A DNA stretch of 20,180 nt. It comes from a virus. The DNA is taken from positions 85,309-105,488 of IMG/VR virus record IMGVR_UViG_3300044998_000260; one strand, written 5' to 3'. The position numbers and the translations under genes were made by a program. This document shows positions 1-8,085 of this stretch, in pieces (position 1 is the first letter of the stretch; every line of letters starts with the position of its first letter). Under the pieces are notes generated by a model. That model saw only the letters and a program-made list of their open reading frames with translations, was not told the DNA's origin and did not search any database.

Positions 1-18
1 ACAAGGGATGATCTCGGT

Positions 19-62
19 TGTTACATTGATGTTACAAACCCGCCCGTAACAAACTGGTAACG
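19..62. promoter_or_regulatory. Four-box operator-like element: TGTTACA-N4-TGTTACA followed by inverted CGTAACA-N4-GGTAACG
   Basis: Heptamers at 19-25, 30-36, 45-51 and 56-62, with an 11-bp period within each pair. Nearly the same block occurs at 2461-2503. Confidence 0.6.
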
Positions 63-85
63 TCGTCGGATCACCGCTTTACGGT

Positions 86-274
86 TTATATGTTGTCATC
101 GTGTGCTTTTCTTGCTTCGAACAGTTTGATTAGTTTATTTCGCACCGTGCCGATTTCGCGGCTTAACTTTCCATAATCGCCCTCGCCCGCTCCGATCATT
201 CGGCATAGCGTTTCGTGTCGTTCGAGCTCTCGCACGAACTGTTCGACGCCTGATTTCGGGAGTTTGCGCGGCAT
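86..274 (-). CDS. hypothetical phage protein (62 aa)
   Basis: Start overlaps the stop of the upstream ORF (TAATG); protein-like charged composition. Confidence 0.7.
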   Translation of the reverse strand: MPRKLPKSGVEQFVRELERHETLCRMIGAGEGDYGKLSREIGTVRNKLIKLFEARKAHDDNI

Positions 275-648
275 TAGGCAGGCACTCCCAAACGTTCAAG
301 CAGATCGGCGGCAACTTTGTAATCGGCCACCATACCCCGACCCCTCACAAAGCGGGCGCGACGAGAGCGACTCGGGCGCGACACAACGAACGTCGCACCG
401 TTGTCCGCCTCGACATGATACCGCTTGCCATTGAAGATCCAGTTTTCGCCGACCCTCGGGCGCGACTTGACCACGTTCTTCCGCAACTGATTCACAGTGA
501 GTTTACAACGAAACTCCTGATCCGGCACATAGGTGATTCGGCCAAGTTCGGCCCGAGCATTGAGACCCGCCTTGACGAGCACATCGTTGATCGCTCGCTC
601 GATCACGGGGCGAAGATCACGCACGACGTTCTTGCTGATTGCGGTCAT
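274..648 (-). CDS. hypothetical phage protein (124 aa)
   Basis: Tightly packed in a minus-strand operon, 6 nt from the previous stop. Confidence 0.8.
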   Translation of the reverse strand: MTAISKNVVRDLRPVIERAINDVLVKAGLNARAELGRITYVPDQEFRCKLTVNQLRKNVVKSRPRVGENWIFNGKRYHVEADNGATFVVSRPSRSRRARFVRGRGMVADYKVAADLLERLGVPA

Positions 649-654
649 CTTTGA

Positions 655-936
655 TTACTCCGAGGTAATGGGGAAATCACCGAGCTTCCGACGTGCAGCG
701 ATGATCTTGCGAAGCACCGTATCAAACTCCTTGAGATGACGCGCCGCCCATCGCTCTGCATCGACCATCGAATCGAAAATGGAATCGGTTTCGTCGTCCG
801 TCAACTCTTCGAAATCCAAGTCGCGCAGCGCCTGCGCGATGTCTTCGGTGTCGTCCCAAAGAAAATCTGTTGCGATGTGAAGATCATTGGTCAGACCAGC
901 GATGTGATCAACCGTGGCGATTTCGTTCTTGAACAC
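655..936 (-). CDS. acidic hypothetical protein (~93 aa)
   Basis: GTG at 936 follows a strong SD (GAGGAGG). The listed start at 1008 overlaps the ATPase gene. Confidence 0.75.
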   Translation of the reverse strand: MFKNEIATVDHIAGLTNDLHIATDFLWDDTEDIAQALRDLDFEELTDDETDSIFDSMVDAERWAARHLKEFDTVLRKIIAARRKLGDFPITSE

Positions 937-971
937 GTTTCTTTCCTCCTCGATGAATGATGGTGCGCCGA

Positions 972-1868
972 TTAGCGCAGAATGGTGACCTTGGCAAACG
1001 TTTCCCAATCGCTCGGACTCGTCTTCACGAACATGCCAATCTTCATCAACGTGCGGATGGAGATTTCTCGAAACTCGGTATAGTGTTCACGGGTCCAGTC
1101 AAGCACCATATTCTCTTCCGCGTGCGTCAATCCATTCTGCACCAGGATGTGATTCTTCGCCGTCATGTGCAACACCCACGCAAGCAGATCCTTCGGACGA
1201 TGCAACTTCAAGTCGAGATAAATGGACCGACTCATCAACGCGGCAAAATGAGGAACAACCTTGCTCTTTCCGATATCGATGATCGTCTGGAAGTCCTTGT
1301 TCGTAATGAAGATCATCGAACCCTTATACTCAAACTGCTGCGGAATATCCTCGGCCTTCAACACCGACGATTCCGAGAACCACGACAAACGCCGCACAGG
1401 GGAAGTATCCAGCGCTGCCTTCATCATGTTCAACGAAACTTCGTCGTTCCAGATTTCGTCCGAGTCATCCATCAGGATAATATCCCGCTCGTTCTGCATA
1501 CGAAACAGCAACTTATACAGATTGATACCCGTAACGTTCGCACCCGTGACGGGTTCATAGCGGATTTGATTGCGCTCGTGTGCCGTGCTAAGCAGATGAT
1601 TGATCGTATAGGACTTGCCCGTGCCCGCAGCACCCGACACGATCAATGAGCGCACATGTCCGCCGATTGCACCGTGCGTCAACTTATACATCACAGTAAA
1701 ACGTTCCGCGATACGCTTGACGCGCTCAGCTTCGGTTTCGTTGGTGTCTTGTTCGGCTTGAATCTGTTCAAGCAACTGCGCCTCGGCGGCAGCCGCAACA
1801 TTCTTTGCGGGGCGGCCACGCTTGCGCTTTCCATCGGGTCCAACGGGATTGACGTAATGACGCGCCAT
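972..1868 (-). CDS. AAA+ family ATPase with N-terminal AT-hook-like motif
   Basis: Walker A GAAGTGKS, Walker B IILMDD, sensor-1 IFITN, arginine finger ALMSRS, N-terminal KRKRGRP; SD GAGGA. Confidence 0.9.
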   Translation of the reverse strand: MARHYVNPVGPDGKRKRGRPAKNVAAAAEAQLLEQIQAEQDTNETEAERVKRIAERFTVMYKLTHGAIGGHVRSLIVSGAAGTGKSYTINHLLSTAHERNQIRYEPVTGANVTGINLYKLLFRMQNERDIILMDDSDEIWNDEVSLNMMKAALDTSPVRRLSWFSESSVLKAEDIPQQFEYKGSMIFITNKDFQTIIDIGKSKVVPHFAALMSRSIYLDLKLHRPKDLLAWVLHMTAKNHILVQNGLTHAEENMVLDWTREHYTEFREISIRTLMKIGMFVKTSPSDWETFAKVTILR

Positions 1869-1910
1869 GCAGTTAGTATCCTCGCTGAAGGGTATTGAGA
1901 AAGACTTATA

Positions 1911-1939
1911 AACCTACCCGATTTCGTGGCCGATTTCAA
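1911..1939 (-). promoter_or_regulatory. sigma70-type promoter TTGAAA-17-TAGGTT
   Basis: 17-bp spacing, located upstream of the ATPase operon. Confidence 0.6.
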
Positions 1940-1964
1940 GTGCATTTTCCCATAAATCGGCGGT

Positions 1965-1982
1965 TGTTACACTGTCGTTACA
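1965..1982. promoter_or_regulatory. TGTTACA-N4-CGTTACA tandem box
   Basis: 11-bp period; begins 26 nt from the -35 edge (1939). Confidence 0.6.
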
Positions 1983-2018
1983 CACCGGTGTGTGTCCTCT
2001 TTTTAGGACACTCTGGGT

Positions 2019-2399
2019 TTATGCCTGAAACGGAATATATTCGACATTATCGAAATCGTATCCCTCGGACACGAGACGGGCACCGATTACATACTCGCGA
2101 CTATACGGCGAGCTATGCTCAAACCGGTCGCTCATACGAGCGAGCACGTCCTCGACGCTCAGGTGCGCAGGCACGCCAGTTACCAGGTAATCCGAGCCGC
2201 CCTTCGCCTTCCAATAGGACGGAACCTCACCCTGGCCGTCCCAATTGTGAGCGCCGTAATTCTCCAGATACTGCGTCGCCACCAGCACCGTTACCGTGTC
2301 GGGTTCGGTATCTTCGGCAAGGTCGTTCACTTGCTCGATAAGGTCGGCGGCGAGCTGATCGGCGCGATGCGCCTGGCGGTAAGCGTTATTGATTTTCAT
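2019..2399 (-). CDS. conserved-looking phage hypothetical protein (126 aa)
   Basis: Motif TQYLENYGAHNWDGQGEVPSYWKAKGG resembles, from memory, a hypothetical family in large myoviruses. It has its own promoter. Confidence 0.85.
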   Translation of the reverse strand: MKINNAYRQAHRADQLAADLIEQVNDLAEDTEPDTVTVLVATQYLENYGAHNWDGQGEVPSYWKAKGGSDYLVTGVPAHLSVEDVLARMSDRFEHSSPYSREYVIGARLVSEGYDFDNVEYIPFQA

Positions 2400-2406
2400 A
2401 TGGTGG

Positions 2407-2434
2407 AATATAGCCGATTTTTAAAATTTCACAA
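2407..2434 (-). promoter_or_regulatory. promoter TTGTGA-16-TATATT, probably leaderless transcript
   Basis: The -10 ends 7 nt before the ATG at 2399; no SD is visible. Confidence 0.55.
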
Positions 2435-2460
2435 GTGCCCCCCCCCCCCCCCCAATCCGT

Positions 2461-2503
2461 TGTTACACGGTCGTTACAAACCGTTTGTAACAAACTGATA
2501 ACG
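2461..2503. promoter_or_regulatory. Four-box element TGTTACA-N4-CGTTACA ... TGTAACA-N4-GATAACG
   Basis: Heptamers at 2461, 2472, 2486 and 2497; aligns with 19-62. Confidence 0.6.
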
Positions 2504-2631
2504 AAGGATAAGTTGTTATTGCATAATAACTTACGATTTACTATATTAGGTGAGCTTATCCCGCTAACCCCTTGCAATATTTACATTTGCACAGCTTCGC
2601 CCTTTTTTCGGATAATCCGCCGTTACATTGT

Positions 2632-2902
2632 TTTCGGGGTTTCTTCGGTTTCGGGGTTTCTTCAGTTTCGGGGTTTCTTCAGTTTCGGGGTTTCTTCGGT
2701 TTCGGGGTTTCTTCGGTTTCGGGAACGGTTCGGTTTCGCCGTTTATTCGGTTTATCAGCTTTGTCGGTGTTTCTTCGGTTTATCAGCTTTGTCGGTGTTT
2801 CTTCGGTTTCGGTGTTTGTTCGGTTTATCAGCTTTGTCGGTGTTTCTTCGGTTTCGGGAACGGTTCGGTTTCGCCGTTTATTCGGTTTCCGATTTTCTTC
2901 GG
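2632..2902. repeat. Array A: 17-bp units TTTCG-N7-TTCRG with three 28-bp variants
   Basis: Five near-identical TTTCGGGGTTTCTTCRG copies at 2632-2716, then variant units; 14 units in all. Confidence 0.95.
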
Positions 2903-3030
2903 TCGTGATTGCACACAAAAAAGCCGGCCGGCTTCGATGTTTCTTCGGGTTCGTCGTCGTGATAGACCAAGGCCACACCGGCCAAGGCGATGAGGCGGGC
3001 GAGGTCAGCGATGATATCAGGTTGTTCCAT
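2878..3030 (-). CDS. possible small protein (50 aa, MEQPDIIADLARLIALAGVALVYHDDEPEE...)
   Basis: Open frame with a hydrophobic stretch that runs into array A; no clear SD. Confidence 0.3.
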   Translation of the reverse strand: MEQPDIIADLARLIALAGVALVYHDDEPEETSKPAGFFVCNHDRRKSETE

Positions 3031-3186
3031 GTATTGTGGTTCCGATGTCAAGATATAAGCGGTGGTGATGTGGTGGGAGCGAGGAGGTGCAACGGCGTTA
3101 TATGATCAGACGTGATCGCATGAGTGTGTATACCGATGAACGTCGTGATCGGGGCCGGGAAATGATGAATAGGGCTCGGTGTTCGG

Positions 3187-3532
3187 GGAGATCGTGAATT
3201 AGGCTTCGTGTCCTGGGAGATGCTGAATTGGGCCACGAGATGCTGAATCGAGCTTTTGGCTTTGGGAGATGCTGAATTGGGCCAAGAAAAACACCATCAT
3301 GTTCAGGGGTGACCCGAATTGCAAACGGGGACGGGAGATGCTGAATTAGGCCATGTCTGCACGAATTGTGAATCAGGCCCGGAGATGCTGAATCGAGCTT
3401 GTCAGCGGTCATCGTGAACGGAATTTGAGGAAAAGCTGAATTGGACTTGGTATCCGGGGAGATGCTGAATTGGGCCAATGAGAAACACCATCACGTTCAG
3501 GGGTGACCCGAATTGGGAAAATCGTGAATTGG
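3187..3532. repeat. Array B: dispersed GAGATGCTGAATYRRGC units with variable spacers
   Basis: About 9 copies, including a ~58-bp longer duplication (from ~3264 and ~3457). Outlying copies lie at ~4023-4065. Confidence 0.9.
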
Positions 3533-3564
3533 TGATCACGCTTGTAAACCAAGCACGCCGCGTG

Positions 3565-3909
3565 TTAACTGTTGGCGAGTTGGGCAGCCGCTTGAGCGGA
3601 AATCGGCTTGCCGAAACTATAGGCCTGACCTTCCCAGATAAACAAGCGCTTGAGGTGCCAGCCTCGACCACGACCGCTCGGCACGGTGGCCTTGCGTTCA
3701 GCCTTGCGCTCGGCTCGAGCTTGCTTGCGTGCCGCCACGACTTCAGGTGCCACAGAGGGCCGCGACACCGGATCACTCAGACGAATGACGCAACGCCCAC
3801 ACAGCAAGGCCGACGTATTGTTATCCGTGCGAGTTGGAGTCCGACAAAACAGGCATTCGATCATCTTGTTACCGGTCTGGGGATGGGCCTGCTTTCGCAT
3901 CTTTGGCAT
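3565..3909 (-). CDS. putative zinc-ribbon phage protein (~114 aa)
   Basis: CLFC...CGRC cysteine pairs and a C-terminal RGRGWHLK motif. ATG at 3909 follows SD AGAGGA and lies downstream of a promoter. Confidence 0.8.
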   Translation of the reverse strand: MPKMRKQAHPQTGNKMIECLFCRTPTRTDNNTSALLCGRCVIRLSDPVSRPSVAPEVVAARKQARAERKAERKATVPSGRGRGWHLKRLFIWEGQAYSFGKPISAQAAAQLANS

Positions 3910-3949
3910 GTCAACGATTCCTCTTATGTGGGTGGCGATCAATACTGGT

Positions 3950-4000
3950 AATATAATATGGACCGAGTCAGAAATCAAGCTGTGTGACCGAATTGTTACA
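3950..4000 (-). promoter_or_regulatory. promoter TTGATT-17-TATATT with adjacent TGTGACC-N4-TGTTACA box
   Basis: -10 at 3950-3955, -35 at 3973-3978, boxes at 3983-3989 and 3994-4000. Confidence 0.6.
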
Positions 4001-4131
4001 AAACGATTTAATTGAATTAAACGGAGCTGAATCAGCGGTGTTTGAGGAAAAGCTGAATTGAGCTCGGTGGTCATGACCCGTGTTTATCCGTGAGCACGAA
4101 GTTGTATGAAATCTTTACAATTCAATGTGTC

Positions 4132-4160
4132 TTGAAATTCCACGGATGTTTTGCTAACTT
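4132..4160 (+). promoter_or_regulatory. promoter TTGAAA-17-TAACTT with extended -10 TG
   Basis: 17-bp spacer and TGcTAACTT. Confidence 0.55.
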
Positions 4161-4166
4161 TCACAA

Positions 4167-4430
4167 TGTTGGATGATATATATTGTAGTAGTAAAGGTAT
4201 TCTGACACCGTTTTCGCCTTGGGTCGATGGGTTAATGTAAAGTCGCCTGAAAAAACGGGATGGGTAGTTGAGCAGGGGTTTGGTGCATTTCCCTTACCGA
4301 AATGTAAAATGCAAGGTGGTTCTGGTTAGCCAGATAGGAATACGAGGGCCGATACTCCACCAATGGACAAGCCAGTGCATTCTGGCGGGTGATGGTCAAT
4401 AGACTCAGCACTCAGCTCAACTAGAAAGGC
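4167..4430 (+). ncRNA. putative structured RNA or long leader, family unknown
   Basis: Closing stem TAGTTGAGC (4265-4273) / GCTCAACTA (4415-4423) encloses several hairpins. G-U pairs favour the + strand. No ORF of 60 aa or more. Confidence 0.45.
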
Positions 4431-4586
4431 CAGTATTATAATATATTTGAAGTCATTGTTACCTCTCTTATCATGTTATAACATTGTTCCGTCTTTCAAA
4501 CTTTACTGGTGTGGTTCTCTGAGTCTCTGTTTTCAGAGGTCTCAGGTTCCACATCACCCGTCCTAACCCCTCGTGTATCCACGCCA

Positions 4587-4805
4587 ATGACCAAAGCCGA
4601 ATATCGGAAGTGCTTGAAACAACTTCATATGGAATGGCGAGAAAACATGCTCACAGATGAAGAATATGTCGAGCACATCATCTTGTTGAAGACATTATTG
4701 CGCAAGACACAGAAACTGACTTCTGCAATACATGAAGAAAAACAACGGAAAATCAAAACACAACGAAACCCGAAGACCGCAATACGTCGGTTCTTTAAAC
4801 TATAA
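4587..4805 (+). CDS. basic hypothetical protein (~72 aa), the only credible plus-strand gene
   Basis: Helical, protein-like sequence followed at once by a terminator. The start is uncertain (4509 is also possible). Confidence 0.65.
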   Translation: MTKAEYRKCLKQLHMEWRENMLTDEEYVEHIILLKTLLRKTQKLTSAIHEEKQRKIKTQRNPKTAIRRFFKL

Positions 4806-4812
4806 CAAACAC

Positions 4813-4846
4813 GCCCCGGAGCGATCATCCGGGGCTCTTTTGTTTT
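4813..4846 (+). terminator. intrinsic terminator
   Basis: GCCCCGGA/TCCGGGGC stem followed by TCTTTTGTTTT. Confidence 0.8.
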
Positions 4847-4872
4847 CGGTCAGGAATCGATTTTGAGACACG

Positions 4873-4911
4873 AAAAAACCCAGGCCATATCAAGGTATGG
4901 GCCTGGGTTTT
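4873..4911 (-). terminator. intrinsic terminator, possibly bidirectional
   Basis: AAAACCCAGGCC/GGCCTGGGTTTT stem with A/T runs on both sides, downstream of the 688-aa gene. Confidence 0.75.
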
Positions 4912-4971
4912 CGTTTCGTCAGACGGTCATTTAGACGGATTACTGGCGGGTTTTGGACTACGGATGCCGGC

Positions 4972-7038
4972 CTACCGCGAAGCCGCAACGCGAATGCGAT
5001 TGAAGTAGATGAACTGATCCTCCGGGACCGGGCTCCCACCTTGCCCACCCATATACTGGTCGAACTGCCAGCGGGTCCAGTAACCGGCGTCACCGCTGTC
5101 GCTGTAGCCTAAATCGGTCCAATGCGCATGTCGCACCGGGCTGGTCCATGCCGTGCCGTTCCACTCACTCGTCCACGCGGTGTACGTGCCGTTCTTGACC
5201 CCGGGCGTGTTGTGGACCACCAGGATCTCCGTCCTGTACCACCGACCCGTACGGAAGGTCATCGCCGCGAGGTTGTCCCGACGGTTGTCGCCGTCCACCG
5301 ATGACTGCGTGGTGATCTTCGACCGGAACGTCCCGCTGGAGACGGAACCGACGGGCTCGAAACCCCAGACGAAGTCGCGACGCTCGCCCGATCTGGTCGC
5401 GCGGAACGGATACAGGACCTTGGTATCACTCGGGTGGTTTTGGAAGTTCGGCGACTGCTTCCAGACGAAGCAGCTGTAGACACGGCGCGTCTGCGCCGGC
5501 AGGCCGTTGGCAGGCTCCACCGCTCCGTAGCCGCCTTCCGATGATCCTTTCGGGAACCGGAACGCAATCGACGTTCCGAGCTCAGGTCCGGATGCGTCCG
5601 ACACGAGCTGTCCGTAGAACTGCTGCCAGCCGGACGGATTGAGGGTCGGGAACTTGGTGTCGCCAACAAGCGTGAGTCCGGCCGGTTCATTCGGGCAGAA
5701 CCCACTCGATGCCGGGATCTCCGGTACCCAGGCCCTGATGTCGTCAACGTCCAAAGTGAAATTGTAACCTGGCAGAATCTTATTCACATTTGCAGGTAGG
5801 TCGATGTAGGCGATCCCGTCTGGCGAATGGTTATAGGCGTAACCCTGCGTGTTGAGCACGAGCGTGCCATCAACCCAAACGCGAACCCAGCCGCCACTTC
5901 CCGTCTGGACCTGCACGGTGTAGCGGTGCCACTGGCCGTCGGCGACCGTGGATTGCTTCACGGTTTTCGTGACGTTCTGCACGAATGGGTCGGGCATGTT
6001 CGGCGCGGCGGACTCATCGAACACCGTGAACTCCCGGCCCGTGTTGGACACGCCGGGTGGTCCGCCCCCGTTCATGTTGCTGATGCCGAACGTGTAGCGT
6101 CCCACGCCGGTCGCACGATTCAGGATGAGCCACTTCATGCCCGAGTAGTTATCACCGCCACTGGTCGGATCTGCGCCTGCGGAAAACCGGAACCAGTACT
6201 GCACCACGATATTGGTGCGGGCGCTAATGTTGCGCTCGATGACATAGTGCAGCTTCGTGGTGGTATAATCGAATCGCACGGCCTTACCAGACCCACCACG
6301 GCCGGTGATGAATGTTGGTCGGTCACCGGGACTCAACGCCCAAGGGCCTTCAAGAGAGTTCGCTCCACCGGTGATGGTGCTGTAGCTGTCGAAATTGTCG
6401 GAAAAGATCACGTTGGACGTGGGCACCGGTTCGAGGAGCGGATCCGCTACTGGGCCGGTCACCGTGACCACGCCGGTGTCACGCAGTGTCCCGCCAGTGT
6501 GCGCCGCGATCACCCGGTAAGTGCCGGCCGTGCTCGGGGCGGTATAGAGCCCGCCTGCGGTCACCGTGCCTCCGGTGGCGGTGTACGTCACGGTCGGGGC
6601 CGTGGTGGCGCCGTTGCTCCACGTTCCGTTCACCGAGAACTGCTGGGTCGCCCCCGTGCCGAGCGTTACCGTCTTCGGATTGATCGTGAGCGATGTCAGC
6701 GTCACCGCCGCCTGCACCGTCACCACCGCCGTGTCACGGAGCGTGCCACCAACATGTGCGGCAATGACCAGATAGGTGCCGGGCGTGCTTGGTGCGGTGT
6801 ACCGGCCTGTCGAGGCGATGGTGCCACCGGTCGTCGAGTAGGAAATTCTTGCAAATGTGGTTCTGTTCGTGCTCCACCGGGCCTGGGTTCGGAACTGCAT
6901 GGTCTCCCCGGTCTGAACAGTCGCCGTCTTGGGGCTGATCGTGAGCGCGGTGAGCTGTGGTTGTTGTGCGTGGCCGGTCAAGATGAGTGCAGCCAACATG
7001 GCCGGTCGCAGAATTGAGATAATGTTCATAATGGTCAT
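4972..7038 (-). CDS. secreted protein with two Big_2-like Ig repeats and two putative ConA-like/carbohydrate-active beta-sandwich domains
   Basis: Signal-peptide-like N-terminus; two repeats of LTxLTIxPKT...TGGT...G.YTAPST.GTY.VIAAH.GGTLRDT; IFSDNFDS and WHRY...VWVDG...DDIR motifs; visibly GC-rich. Confidence 0.85.
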   Translation of the reverse strand: MTIMNIISILRPAMLAALILTGHAQQPQLTALTISPKTATVQTGETMQFRTQARWSTNRTTFARISYSTTGGTIASTGRYTAPSTPGTYLVIAAHVGGTLRDTAVVTVQAAVTLTSLTINPKTVTLGTGATQQFSVNGTWSNGATTAPTVTYTATGGTVTAGGLYTAPSTAGTYRVIAAHTGGTLRDTGVVTVTGPVADPLLEPVPTSNVIFSDNFDSYSTITGGANSLEGPWALSPGDRPTFITGRGGSGKAVRFDYTTTKLHYVIERNISARTNIVVQYWFRFSAGADPTSGGDNYSGMKWLILNRATGVGRYTFGISNMNGGGPPGVSNTGREFTVFDESAAPNMPDPFVQNVTKTVKQSTVADGQWHRYTVQVQTGSGGWVRVWVDGTLVLNTQGYAYNHSPDGIAYIDLPANVNKILPGYNFTLDVDDIRAWVPEIPASSGFCPNEPAGLTLVGDTKFPTLNPSGWQQFYGQLVSDASGPELGTSIAFRFPKGSSEGGYGAVEPANGLPAQTRRVYSCFVWKQSPNFQNHPSDTKVLYPFRATRSGERRDFVWGFEPVGSVSSGTFRSKITTQSSVDGDNRRDNLAAMTFRTGRWYRTEILVVHNTPGVKNGTYTAWTSEWNGTAWTSPVRHAHWTDLGYSDSGDAGYWTRWQFDQYMGGQGGSPVPEDQFIYFNRIRVAASR

Positions 7039-7058
7039 ACTCGTTGAAAAATTGTGAA

Positions 7059-7159
7059 TCAGGTGTTGAGAAGACGAGATGCTTCGGCCTGGCTGATCGG
7101 CTCGCCAAAGCTATAGGCTTGACCCTACCAGATAAATACACGCTTGAGGTGCCACTCGC
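7059..7159 (-). pseudogene. 3' fragment paralogous to the 3565..3909 gene
   Basis: WHLKRVFIW*GQAYSFGEPISQAEASRLLNT* versus WHLKRLFIWEGQAYSFGKPISAQAAAQLANS*; in-frame TAG at 7125-7127. Confidence 0.85.
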
Positions 7160-8044
7160 TTACCAACCCGGGTTCCGGTCGTAGAACTTCACGTCGTCGA
7201 TGAAGAAGTCCGTATCTTCGGTGAACCCCGAGTTCGCCCAACCCATGAAGTAGCCACGGCGCAGCGCCGCGTCAGGTATTGCGGTGTCGAAGTTATGGAA
7301 TCGGGCGGTGTAGTGTCCAAACACCAGAGTCGAATCTGCCCACAACTCGAACACTCCATTGTCAGCAGACCAACTGCTGGAGGCCTTGAGATGCACTCGG
7401 ATCCTCGTCCACTCACCGATACGAACCGGCCCGTTGGGATGGATGAATCGAGGCCACTGGATCCCTTCTGGTCGCGAGTTGCCCACCAGATTCGAGGTGG
7501 TCTTTCTGGCAAGGATGCGGGCCTCAGACTCCAAATCGGAGCGGCGCAGGAGCTCGATGGCGGCGTGCCAGGTACCTGGACCGTCGTAGCGATCTAGCCA
7601 GAACACCAAGAACGTGTTGTTGTTGGGCTGGTCATTGCGGTGCACGTAGTTGGCTGGGACATACAGCATATACTCCAGCCACAACTCCGAAAGGTATCGA
7701 CCCATGTCGAACCTCTGCTCCGCCATGTTGTTCTGTCCCACTGGCCTCGCCTTGAACCTGAAGCGGAGCGCGTATGATCCCGAGCGTGCGCGAATGTCGG
7801 ATACGGTGACGAAGGTTGCGTCGCCCCACCTGAATCCGTTGCGGTTCGTCTTGGCGCCTGACTCGAATCCGTCCTGGAAGAACGGTTCTGCACCGGAGTC
7901 GGCTTCTCCGAGGCCCGGCCGGGTTCGGAACTGCATGGTCTCCCCGGTCTGAACCGTGGCGGGGCTGATCGTGAGCGGTTGCGCGTGGCCGGTCAACGCG
8001 AGTGCAATGAGCATGGTGATCGGTATAATACGCATAATGGTCAT
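7160..8044 (-). CDS. secreted protein with a putative polysaccharide-lyase/ConA-like domain
   Basis: Signal peptide paralogous to that of the 688-aa gene; FQDGFESG...ARSGSYALRF...GVFELWAD...FIDDV pattern. Confidence 0.8.
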   Translation of the reverse strand: MTIMRIIPITMLIALALTGHAQPLTISPATVQTGETMQFRTRPGLGEADSGAEPFFQDGFESGAKTNRNGFRWGDATFVTVSDIRARSGSYALRFRFKARPVGQNNMAEQRFDMGRYLSELWLEYMLYVPANYVHRNDQPNNNTFLVFWLDRYDGPGTWHAAIELLRRSDLESEARILARKTTSNLVGNSRPEGIQWPRFIHPNGPVRIGEWTRIRVHLKASSSWSADNGVFELWADSTLVFGHYTARFHNFDTAIPDAALRRGYFMGWANSGFTEDTDFFIDDVKFYDRNPGW

Positions 8045-8085
8045 ATTCGTTGAAAAATCGTGAACAGGGTGTTGAGCGGGTCACG

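Noticed and set aside
957-1649. Long plus-strand ORFs (also 5827..7017, 12965..13690, 14557..15351)
   Set aside because: They are antisense shadows of well-supported minus-strand genes and carry no motifs.
2500-2630. dif/Xer site (GCATAA and CGGATAA half-sites)
   Set aside because: No TTATGTTAAAT-like XerD arm at the 6-bp spacing.
2435-3478. ORFs over arrays A and B (and 8637-8991, 9393-9620 over C and D)
   Set aside because: Low-complexity translations of repeats, open in several frames, with no credible starts.
3187-3532. CRISPR or TIGR-like array
   Set aside because: Repeats are short and degenerate, spacer lengths are very uneven and partly duplicated, and no cas or Nop-domain gene is recognisable in the window.
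7125-7127. TAG recoding (alternative genetic code)
   Set aside because: The long genes translate fully with the standard code and two ORFs end plausibly at TAG. A nonsense mutation in a pseudogene fragment is simpler.
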